64,000 nt of DNA, taken from a virus. The translations under genes were made by a program, and so were the position numbers. Below, one piece after another: positions 55,875-63,683 of the stretch (position 1 is the stretch's first letter; each line of letters opens with the position of its first letter). The stretch covers positions 3,541 through 67,540 of the IMG/VR virus record IMGVR_UViG_3300044833_000092. One strand, written 5' to 3'. Below the pieces are notes generated by a model. The model saw nothing but the letters and a program-made list of their open reading frames with translations, had not been told where the DNA came from and searched no databases.

Positions 55875-56828
55875 ATGACTCAGTCACCAGAAGTGGAAGA
55901 ACTCATCAAGCGGTTAGCGGCCCCGTTCACGCCGGCTCAAATCAAATTCAAGCCGCAGAGCGTCAACAAAGAAAAAACCCGCGCTCTGGCACTGGCATAT
56001 ATCGACGGCCATGCCGTTAAGGGAAGGCTCGACGAAGCTGTCGGCGTGGCGGGATGGCAAGACTCTTACGAAGTCCTAGACGATCGTTCTGTCAAATGCA
56101 CTTTGCGCGTCAAGATCGGCGACGAATGGATCACCAAGGAAGACGCCGGCGGTGCGAGCGATCAAGAGGACAAAGGCGACCGCATGAAGGCCGCCTTCAC
56201 TGACGCACTGAAACGTGCCGCCGTCAAGTTCGGCATCGGCCGCTTCCTCTACGAGTTGCCGAAGAATTGGTGGCCATACGATCCGGTGAAGAAAACCTTC
56301 GTCGGCACGCCCAATCTGCCGGCGAGCTTCTACCCTGACGGCAAGATACCGCGGCAGCAGCAGGCCCCGCAACAGCAACAGCAACAAGGTGGTGGAAATC
56401 CACCACCTGCCCAAGCGGCAGCGCCGCCTCCAGCGGCCAACCCGAAGCCCCCGGCGTCAGCGCCGGCGGTGAAGACGCCGGATGCACCGCCGGACAAACC
56501 ACCATCTGCCCCAAAGCCGACTGTTACGGTCCCAGCGGCGGCGGGGACAGGTGGTGGAAATCCGACACCTGCTCCGGCCCAGGCCAAGCCCAGGGTCCAG
56601 GCCCAACGGGCAGCGACGGCGCAGCTCGATGAGATCAACAATCTCTGCGGCGACCTGCGCTACGATCTGCCCTGGTTGCAGAATGCCCTGATGGAGAAGT
56701 TCGGCAAACAGGAGCCGGCCGACCTGACCGCCCTGGAGGCCGACGTTGTTCTCAAAGGATTGAAGCTGGCCCTATCGAAGAAAGGAGGCGCACCGACCGC
56801 AACCGCACCGAAGAAAAGTGGCTTTTGA
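55875..56828 (+). CDS. Rad52/Rad22-family single-strand annealing protein
   Basis: LAAPF...ALAYID...RLDEAVG...KEDAG...KAAFTDALKRAAVKFGIGRFLY. Confidence 0.9.
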   Translation: MTQSPEVEELIKRLAAPFTPAQIKFKPQSVNKEKTRALALAYIDGHAVKGRLDEAVGVAGWQDSYEVLDDRSVKCTLRVKIGDEWITKEDAGGASDQEDKGDRMKAAFTDALKRAAVKFGIGRFLYELPKNWWPYDPVKKTFVGTPNLPASFYPDGKIPRQQQAPQQQQQQGGGNPPPAQAAAPPPAANPKPPASAPAVKTPDAPPDKPPSAPKPTVTVPAAAGTGGGNPTPAPAQAKPRVQAQRAATAQLDEINNLCGDLRYDLPWLQNALMEKFGKQEPADLTALEADVVLKGLKLALSKKGGAPTATAPKKSGF

Positions 56829-56862
56829 TTACCCGCCCTACCCATTCACTTGAGGAGCATTC

Positions 56863-57708
56863 ATGTCAGCGACAGAAACACCCGAAGCGCCCGCGGCCGC
56901 AACCGAAACCCCCAAGGGCTCGGAACTGATCGAGAAGTCCGCCATCTTCAAGTACGGCAATCGCACGTTCAAGATTCCGTACGTCAAGCTGGCCGATCCT
57001 CTCACCAAAGAGGAAGACAAGGATCTTGAGGAATCGATCAAGGCCCTGGGCGTCATTCACGCCGTCGTCGTCACCGAGGACAATACGGTCCTGGCCGGCC
57101 ACAATCGCCTGATGAAGGCGAAGAAGCTTGAGATTCCCCTCAAGGACGTGCCCATTCAAGTGCGCAAGCGGGACGCCGGCACGGAAGAGCAGATCGAGGT
57201 TGCCTATGCGTCCAATTTCATTGGCCGCAAGTTCACTCCCGAGCGGCGGGCGCACGCCGCCCATATGCTCGCCAAGCTGGACTTCTCCGCCCGGCGGATC
57301 GCCAAGGTGATTGGCGTCCATCACACCACCGTCATCGATGACCTGAGCAAGGCCGATCCGTTCGCCCTGCCCGAGGAGGAGGAAGAGGAGGAGGCAACGG
57401 AAGGCGGCGAGGCGGCTACGAACGGTGCAGCGGCTGGAGGCAAGAAGAAAGCCAAGAAGGGAGGCAAGGATTTCGTCATCGGCTCGGACAACAAGAAGCA
57501 TCCCAAGAAGAAGAAACGGAAAGCCAAGTCGGCTGACCAGGAAGTCGTGGCCAACCAGCGGGCGAAACTCGTGCGCCGCAAGTGGAAGAAGAACGCCATC
57601 ACGGCCATCGGCTTGCTGGTCCGCTCCCTCGATCGCTTGGGGATCGGCGAGAAGCACGCGGCCAAGCTCCAGGCGCTCATGGACGAGGTTCGCGCCGTCG
57701 AGCTGTAG
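56863..57708 (+). CDS. ParB/Srx N-terminal domain protein with HTH
   Basis: LEESIKALGVIHAVVV...LAGHNRL; SARRIAKVIGVHHTTVIDDL. Confidence 0.8.
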   Translation: MSATETPEAPAAATETPKGSELIEKSAIFKYGNRTFKIPYVKLADPLTKEEDKDLEESIKALGVIHAVVVTEDNTVLAGHNRLMKAKKLEIPLKDVPIQVRKRDAGTEEQIEVAYASNFIGRKFTPERRAHAAHMLAKLDFSARRIAKVIGVHHTTVIDDLSKADPFALPEEEEEEEATEGGEAATNGAAAGGKKKAKKGGKDFVIGSDNKKHPKKKKRKAKSADQEVVANQRAKLVRRKWKKNAITAIGLLVRSLDRLGIGEKHAAKLQALMDEVRAVEL

Positions 57709-57755
57709 GCGTCTGCTTCACCCAGTTCGGAAATAACGCATCGCGGAGGGAGACG

Positions 57756-59267
57756 ATGCTAACGGCTTTGCAGCACCAGCTTCTTGGACTTGAAGCCGTG
57801 GACCGCGAGGAAGAGAGCGGCCGCGAACCGGTCGTGACCGTCTCTCCAACTGGCGGCGGCAAGACTTTCATGATGAGCGAACGGGCTCGTAGGCACGCGG
57901 AGGCGGGAGCCCGTACGCTCATCTTGACCAATCGACGCATTCTCCTGGGCCAGAGCAGTCGCTCTCTGGACGGCCAGGGCGTCACACATTCATTCCTGGC
58001 TGCCGGCTACGCCGACAACATTTGCGAGCGCGTGGAAGTCGGCAGCGTTCGCACGATTTTCAGCCGAGCCTTCAAGCGTAAGAAGTGGGCTTTCCCGCAC
58101 TACGATTACGTCGAGGTTGATGAGGCTCACGCCAACAAGAAGGGCGAGGCCGAGCAACTGATCGGTCACGCCATCCGCGCCGGCGCATTCGTCTGCGGCT
58201 GGACAGCGAGCCCCATTGGCATCGGCCATATCTATAAGCGACTCATTATCGCCGGCACCAAGCCCGAGTTGCGGGCCGCCGGCCTTCTGGTCCCATGTCA
58301 CGTCTTCGCTCCCGACGAGCCCGACCTACAAGGGGTCCAGCGCATCGACACCGGCGAATTCTCGCCGACGAAGGCCGCCAAGCGGATTATGGAGACAATC
58401 GTTTTCGCCGACGTATTCAAGGAATACGAGCGCCTCAATCCCGAGCGGCGACCGGCGCTACTGTGGGCTCCTGGCGTCGAGGAGTCCGGCTGGTTCGTCA
58501 AAGAGTTCCGCAAGATGGGCGTTAGCGCCGCCCATATCGACGGCAACACCAGCGACCGCGAGCGCGACGATATCTTCGCAGCCAGCAAGGCCGGCGACTG
58601 CAACGTGGTCTGTTCCTTCGGCGTTCTGCGCGAAGGTGCCGATATGCCGTGGATTTATCACGGCATTCTGGTTCAGGCGTGCGGAGCCCTGATGACCTAC
58701 ATCCAGATCGTTGGTAGGCTCTTGCGTGCCTGTGAGGGCAAGACTGAGTGCATCTTACAGGATCACGCCGGGGCGTGGTGGCGGCACGGTACGCCGAACA
58801 ACGATCCGGTCTGGCGCTTGACCGATACGGAGAAGTCGATCGCAGCCGCGAAGAAATACGAGTTCGAGCAAGGCACGGCGCATGAGCCAATGCGTTGCCC
58901 GAACTGCACCGGCATCCGCAGCTTCGTGGATTACTCGGCCCCGTGCCCGCACTGTGGCTACTGCTACTACCGCAGCGTCCGCGCCGTCCGCATGACCGAT
59001 GGACGCCTCGTCCAACAGGTTGGGACGGTGCATCAGAGAAAGGACAAAGGCGATGAAGACAAACGCATCTGGAAGAAATGTCTTTTCGCCGCCGCCTATT
59101 CGGCCGAACCGCGCACTGTCGCGCAAGCTGCGGCGGACTTTAGGCGGCGATCTGGCCACCATCTTCCGCCAGATATGCCCAACCTGCCGGAAGCGGGCTC
59201 AATCGACTGGGGACGCCCCGTCCCCAGCGTCTTCCCCTGGCTCAAGAAAGGCGGCAAAGTCCCATGA
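57756..59267 (+). CDS. SF2 DEAD/DEAH-box helicase with Zn ribbon
   Basis: PTGGGKT, DEAH, TASP, EGADMP, QIVGRLLR; CPNC/CPHC. Confidence 0.9.
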   Translation: MLTALQHQLLGLEAVDREEESGREPVVTVSPTGGGKTFMMSERARRHAEAGARTLILTNRRILLGQSSRSLDGQGVTHSFLAAGYADNICERVEVGSVRTIFSRAFKRKKWAFPHYDYVEVDEAHANKKGEAEQLIGHAIRAGAFVCGWTASPIGIGHIYKRLIIAGTKPELRAAGLLVPCHVFAPDEPDLQGVQRIDTGEFSPTKAAKRIMETIVFADVFKEYERLNPERRPALLWAPGVEESGWFVKEFRKMGVSAAHIDGNTSDRERDDIFAASKAGDCNVVCSFGVLREGADMPWIYHGILVQACGALMTYIQIVGRLLRACEGKTECILQDHAGAWWRHGTPNNDPVWRLTDTEKSIAAAKKYEFEQGTAHEPMRCPNCTGIRSFVDYSAPCPHCGYCYYRSVRAVRMTDGRLVQQVGTVHQRKDKGDEDKRIWKKCLFAAAYSAEPRTVAQAAADFRRRSGHHLPPDMPNLPEAGSIDWGRPVPSVFPWLKKGGKVP

Positions 59268-59539
59268 ACGCCGATAAGAAAATGGCGGCTATGCCGAGGT
59301 CTGCTCTTTACATCATCAGCATCGCAGCCCATACCTTGAACGATCAGAGCATGGTCGTCCATCACACGGCCTGTCTGGTGGAGGCAGCCAACAGGGACGA
59401 AGCCGCCGGCAAGGGCCAGCGTATCGCCGAGAAATATTATCCGCGCTCCCGTGGCTTCTCCGGCATTAGCGTGATAGCCATTGGCTACCACGTCATTGGT
59501 CCCAACGACGCCATCAAGCCAGCGAGCCCCAGGCCATGA
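59264..59539 (+). CDS. Hypothetical protein
   Basis: ATGA overlaps on both sides. Confidence 0.55.
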   Translation: MNADKKMAAMPRSALYIISIAAHTLNDQSMVVHHTACLVEAANRDEAAGKGQRIAEKYYPRSRGFSGISVIAIGYHVIGPNDAIKPASPRP

Positions 59540-59808
59540 ACGCTGCCGAATGGGAAGCTCTGCGCCTTCAGTATCCAGGCAAGCGCCGCTTCTACACCAA
59601 TGACATTGGCCAAGTGTATGAGTGGCCCTGGAAGTCGCCGATCATCCCTCATCGGGCTCGCCTCTGGACCGTGGAGAGCATGGATCGCTGGGTGAAGTTA
59701 TCAGGCCAAGACTTGGCATTTATCCTTGAACGCGAGGAACATGAGAAGCTCAAGAAACAGAAACCCAAAGGCAACAAAAAGGGCGACGTAGACCCAAGGA
59801 CACTCTAA
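59536..59808 (+). CDS. Hypothetical protein
   Basis: Coupled start/stop. Confidence 0.55.
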   Translation: MNAAEWEALRLQYPGKRRFYTNDIGQVYEWPWKSPIIPHRARLWTVESMDRWVKLSGQDLAFILEREEHEKLKKQKPKGNKKGDVDPRTL

Positions 59809-60344
59809 TGCTCAAACGTGACGAGATTACCAATCCAAACAGTTGCTGGAACAAGGCCCGCGAGGACGAGCGCTTGTTCATCCTTCTGGACCGCGACGAT
59901 GCAATGGCAGATACGATACAATTCTGGATCAACAAACGGATCGAGCTTGGCAAGAACAAGCCAGGCGATCCGAAACTGGTCGAGGCTGAAGAGTGCATCC
60001 GCCTCATGGCGTCGGAACGCGCCACGCGCGAAGCGATGAGCCACAAGCTGTTGAAGGAAGGAGGCAGGCAAGTAATGGCAACGATACAAGAGCGCCGCGA
60101 GGAACACGAAAAGCGATTTCCAAACACGACGGTTGTTGATATCTGCTTCATGGTGCGCGACTTTACGCGGGGAGATAGCTGCCACGGTGCCGACTGGTTT
60201 CTCGTGGCCATTAGATTTCTCAAGATGGTCGATGAGACGTGGATGCAACCAGTGCCCGAGGACATGGAGTTCGACTCCAGCGTACGCCGACTGGTCAAGG
60301 CGGCGATCGGCTACGCACCTCCAGGGGGGCGGACCAATGGCTGA
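59808..60344 (+). CDS. Conserved phage hypothetical protein
   Basis: SCWNKAREDERLFILLDRD motif. Confidence 0.65.
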   Translation: MLKRDEITNPNSCWNKAREDERLFILLDRDDAMADTIQFWINKRIELGKNKPGDPKLVEAEECIRLMASERATREAMSHKLLKEGGRQVMATIQERREEHEKRFPNTTVVDICFMVRDFTRGDSCHGADWFLVAIRFLKMVDETWMQPVPEDMEFDSSVRRLVKAAIGYAPPGGRTNG

Positions 60345-60582
60345 GGACGCTGGCCTGGAGTCGCTCTTTACCGTCTCGCCCAGGCGGCGGGTCCAGCACT
60401 TGCTGGAGATGGTTGAACGTGCCCGCAACCATCACCCGCGGACCGCCCGCTTCGTCCTGGCCGGCGTCATTGCCACCGTGGACCCTGAGACGCTGACAGC
60501 GGTAGCCGAGGCGATGGCCGACGCTTTGCGCAAGCGTGCGTACAAGCTCGTTTCCCAGGAGAATGAGGAAATGAGCCCATAA
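60337..60582 (+). CDS. Hypothetical protein
   Basis: In operon. Confidence 0.5.
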   Translation: MAEDAGLESLFTVSPRRRVQHLLEMVERARNHHPRTARFVLAGVIATVDPETLTAVAEAMADALRKRAYKLVSQENEEMSP

Positions 60583-60589
60583 AGCCCAC

Positions 60590-60618
60590 AAGTCGCGCCA
60601 TAAGCGATCCTGGCGCAA
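60590..60618 (+). repeat. 29-bp element E, copy 2
   Basis: Identical to 16210-16238. Confidence 0.9.
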
Positions 60619-60839
60619 TGGCTGGGGCCATTAGATAGCGGCATTTAATTCAGTGGCAGGTGGTGGATTTCCACCACCCTGGGGACAATGACATGATGCG
60701 GTTCCCACGAATGCCCGGCTGCGAGACGGGCTGGGAAAGCCATCTCGCATGGGCGGTGGCATTCTGCACGCTGGCGTGGGCAGCAATCTCGTTCGTGGCT
60801 GTGACGGCCTGGGTAGTCTTTCACTGGTGAGGTAACGCT

Positions 60840-61136
60840 ATGAGATACCGCAGACGCAAACCGGCCGAGATCGAGGCGTTCCAGATGACCAAGGAGCGCA
60901 GGGCTGACAACCGCGACTGGCCGGAGTGGCTGAATAAAGCGTGGAACAAACCTTCGACAGCCCACGGTGCCGTGTGGCCCTCCGGTCCTCGAACAGACAA
61001 AGGTTACTTGGTGGCCGATACGCCCGAGGGCTCGCTGACTGTCGGTTGGGATTGGTGGATCGTTTTTGTCGTTGCCACGGGCGAGCTACAGGTAATGAGT
61101 CCGGAACGCTTCGAGGCAAACTACGAGCCGGTCTAA
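60840..61136 (+). CDS. Conserved phage protein
   Basis: MRYRRRKPAEIEAFQ...TPEG...FEANYEPV; GAGG SD. Confidence 0.75.
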   Translation: MRYRRRKPAEIEAFQMTKERRADNRDWPEWLNKAWNKPSTAHGAVWPSGPRTDKGYLVADTPEGSLTVGWDWWIVFVVATGELQVMSPERFEANYEPV

Positions 61137-61161
61137 TGCGGCGCACCAATAGGAGGGAACC

Positions 61162-61365
61162 ATGAACTACAGGTTCAAGGCCAAAGACTGTCCTGACGCC
61201 AACGGGCGAGTTCCGCTTAAGAACGAGCGGAAGTGGAAGCTAAGGTTTCCACTGGACGACGGGGGCGAGCTGACGATCGAGATTGGCAAGACTGGCTGGA
61301 ACGCTCTCAAGGAAATGCTGGCGCAGGAAGCGGCCGACGACGCCGCGGAGGGCGTCGAGATATGA
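61162..61365 (+). CDS. Hypothetical protein
   Basis: AGGAGG SD fused to motif B. Confidence 0.6.
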   Translation: MNYRFKAKDCPDANGRVPLKNERKWKLRFPLDDGGELTIEIGKTGWNALKEMLAQEAADDAAEGVEI

Positions 61366-62252
61366 GCCATCACGATGAACTGTGCGAATACTACGCTCCC
61401 GTCTTGGCGCAGCTTGAGAATCTGAACTGGCAACCCAACGGCAACGCCGCAGCCAATTGCCCGGCCCACGACGATTGCACCCGCTCGCTTTCGGTGAAGT
61501 TCGGCCGCCAGGACGAGTTGCTTGTCAAGTGCCATGCCGACCAGGGCTGCACCTTCCTGGCGATCGCCGGGGCTCTCCAGCGCTTTAGCAAAGATTTCTT
61601 CCGTCACGCCGCCGGTAACGACCGGCCTACAGAGTCGTTTGTTGAGGCGTACGATTACACGAACGTCGAAGGCGAAGTAACCTATCAGTCCATGCGCTTC
61701 TTTCCCAAGCGTTTCCAGATGCGCCGCCCGGACCCGGAGCGGCCCGGCTCATGGATCAACAACATGGACGGCGTGGTCCGTGTTCCCTACCGCCTCAGCG
61801 AGATTGCTTCGTCCTCAAAAGACCGTACCGTCTTCGTTGTCGAGGGCGAGACAAAGGTGCATTGTCTGGAAGATTTAGGCTTCCTGGCGACGTGCAACGC
61901 CGGCGGTTCGGAGAAGTGGCAATTGGACTGGTTGCCATATTTTTTGGGACGCCCCCTTGCCATTTTGCCCGATCATGACGAAAAAGGATGGCGGCACGCG
62001 GCCGTTGTGGCCAAGTGTCTGGTCGGAACCGCGGCACCGCTCCGCATCGTGGAGTTGCCCGGCCTGAAGCTCAAGGACGATGTCTTGAACTGGCGTAAGC
62101 GTATGCCTGAAAACCGCGGCGTGGTGGCGGAAGCCATCAAGGCCGCGGTTCTTTGCGCGCCGCCCTACGATCCCGCCAACGATCCGCAAATGAAGTTGGC
62201 AATCCTCCGCATGGAGATTGCCCGAGCTATGGCCATGTCGGGAGGTATATAA
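61362..62252 (+). CDS. DNA primase (Zn-binding plus TOPRIM), no fused helicase
   Basis: CPAHDD..SLSV...KCHA..GC; FVVEGE, LPDHDEKG, KDDVLNW. Confidence 0.85.
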   Translation: MSHHDELCEYYAPVLAQLENLNWQPNGNAAANCPAHDDCTRSLSVKFGRQDELLVKCHADQGCTFLAIAGALQRFSKDFFRHAAGNDRPTESFVEAYDYTNVEGEVTYQSMRFFPKRFQMRRPDPERPGSWINNMDGVVRVPYRLSEIASSSKDRTVFVVEGETKVHCLEDLGFLATCNAGGSEKWQLDWLPYFLGRPLAILPDHDEKGWRHAAVVAKCLVGTAAPLRIVELPGLKLKDDVLNWRKRMPENRGVVAEAIKAAVLCAPPYDPANDPQMKLAILRMEIARAMAMSGGI

Positions 62253-62291
62253 AAAAAAGGAACCCGCCGGTCATAACCTCCGGCGGGTTCC
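62251..62291 (-). terminator. Intrinsic terminator on the minus strand
   Basis: 12-bp perfect stem GGAACCCGCCGG/CCGGCGGGTTCC with U8 tail on the minus strand. Confidence 0.8.
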
Positions 62292-62305
62292 AAAAACGCG
62301 AGACG

Positions 62306-62344
62306 GCAGACATGCAGACATGCAGACATGCAGACATGCAGACA
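62306..62344. repeat. 8-bp tandem repeat GCAGACAT, about 5 copies
   Basis: Directly visible. Confidence 0.95.
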
Positions 62345-62358
62345 CCCATAACAACACC

Positions 62359-62387
62359 ACTTTACGGCGTTGCACGTCTGCCGTCAA
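62359..62387 (-). promoter_or_regulatory. Sigma70-like promoter TTGACG-17-TAAAGT
   Basis: Near-consensus -35 and -10 with 17-nt spacer. Confidence 0.6.
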
Positions 62388-62714
62388 TACCCCACGAAAG
62401 AAAAATCGCTGCCTTGATTGCAGCAACGGTACGGTAGCGGACGCCGCTGAGTAATGCGTCCGGACCGAGCGGGCCGGGGCCATCAGACCCTGGATAGCAA
62501 AACAACATCGGCTAACTGCCGGACCCCGTTGCGGATTTGACCGTTCCCAAGCCTCTCCCTTCTAGGGGGTAGGGGGTAGTCCGTCTAGTGGCCGGGAAGC
62601 GCAGCGGACCGGCACGGTGTCCTTTGCTATGGGCACCGCCCCTCTTCCTGCTCTGAGCGAGGAAGACCCGGCAGCATGATGTGATTCGATCTCTCTTGAA
62701 TAAGGACGAGTCCA

Positions 62715-62963
62715 ATGGCTGACAAACGCCGCCTGACGCCCGAGGAGCTTGCCATCGCCGTGAAGTGCTACGTCGCTGGCAACACGCCCCTGGACAGACT
62801 GCCGTACACCTTCGAGTTTGACGACCTCTGGCAGCGTGTCAACGCCGGCTTGAAGGTGCCACTCTCGAAGAACGAGCTATGGCTGGTCTTGTCCAACGCC
62901 CGCAAGATCAAGAAGCTGCCGGCGCTGCGCAAGCGGGGTGGTGGAAATCCACCACCCTTGTAA
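62715..62963 (+). CDS. Hypothetical protein ending in motif A (GGGNPPPL)
   Basis: AAGGA SD; LDRLPYTFEFD...NARKIKKLP. Confidence 0.6.
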   Translation: MADKRRLTPEELAIAVKCYVAGNTPLDRLPYTFEFDDLWQRVNAGLKVPLSKNELWLVLSNARKIKKLPALRKRGGGNPPPL

Positions 62964-63300
62964 CGTCCCGGTCGTTTCGATACCCTAACGCCAGAAAGGG
63001 CACCTGCAATGCCGGTCGTGAAAACACTCTATGGACCAGTCGATGAAAAAGCGCGGCCCTCGCGCCGCCGGAAGAACCCCGGACTGTTCGTCAAGGTTAG
63101 CATTACGCGGACTGGACCGTTGTGTCGGGCTATGGCCTACCATCGACTGGTCGAGGGAGCCTTTGGTCGAGTGGCCCACAGCGCCTACGTCTGGCTCTTG
63201 GTGCCACGCGGCGACAAGCTCGCGGCCATCAAGATGAGTCGCGTGGCCAAGAGGCTCACCAAGGCCGGCTATGCCCACGTCGAACTGAGGGTCATAGGCG

Positions 63301-63681
63301 ATGACCAAGAAGCAGCTGGCGGGAGCCGGGGTGCCCAAGGAAATCCTGGCACAAATGTTCCCGGCGAGCGGGCATCACAAGTACCGGGCCAGGGCCGCCG
63401 TGGACCCGGTACACGGCAGGTTCGCCAGTCAAAGGGAGTATCGGCGCTGGGGCGTTCTGTACCTGCTCTGGCAGCAGGGTGAGATACAGCATTTGCGGCG
63501 GCAGGTGGAGTTCCAGCTCAAGGTCAACGGGAAACTGGTCACGCGGTATATCGCTGACTTCGTGTACGAGGAAGCCGGCGAATTGATCGTGGAAGACTGC
63601 AAAGGCTTCCGCACGCCCGAGTACAAACTCAAAAAGAAACTGCTGCTCGCTTGCCACGGGCTCTCCATCCGCGAGACTTAG
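63301..63681 (+). CDS. DUF1064-like PD-(D/E)XK nuclease
   Basis: HKYRAR...FASQRE...RQVEFQL...YIADFVY...VEDCKG.RTPEYKLKKKL. Confidence 0.85.
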   Translation: MTKKQLAGAGVPKEILAQMFPASGHHKYRARAAVDPVHGRFASQREYRRWGVLYLLWQQGEIQHLRRQVEFQLKVNGKLVTRYIADFVYEEAGELIVEDCKGFRTPEYKLKKKLLLACHGLSIRET

Positions 63682-63683
63682 CC

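Larger units (their letters stand above)
5545..61152. repeat. Dispersed 20-bp imperfect palindrome family B, CTATTGCGGCGCACCAATAG and variants (24 copies)
   Basis: Starts at 5545, 13459, 16695, 21412, 26554, 30230, 31259, 32713, 33788, 35485, 36383, 37638, 38064, 39263, 39558, 39589, 39991, 40799, 41069, 41090, 42894, 49444, 53676, 61133; both orientations; counted by eye. Confidence 0.95.
62251..62352 (-). ncRNA. Candidate ~100-nt small RNA containing AUGUCUGC repeats
   Basis: Bounded by a TTGACG-17-TAAAGT promoter and the terminator; no complete ORF inside. Confidence 0.5.
1850..62956. repeat. Dispersed 20-bp palindrome family A, GGTGGTGGAWWTCCACCACC (29 copies)
   Basis: Core starts at 1850, 5521, 8431v, 9518, 12694, 15335, 16675, 21096, 23272, 26523, 28563, 30194, 32420v, 33472v, 34186v, 36825v, 39233, 41049v, 43907, 44569, 46872, 48175, 49822, 53642, 55055, 56388, 56550v, 60659, 62937 (v = variant); counted by eye. 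Confidence 0.97.

Noticed and set aside
1850-62956. Motifs A and B as CRISPR repeats
   Set aside because: Copies are kilobases apart with whole genes between them; no constant spacers and no cas genes
63009-63482. 157-aa ORF as a confident gene
   Set aside because: Overlaps the DUF1064-like gene by about 180 bp and its 3' half looks like off-frame sequence; left uncalled
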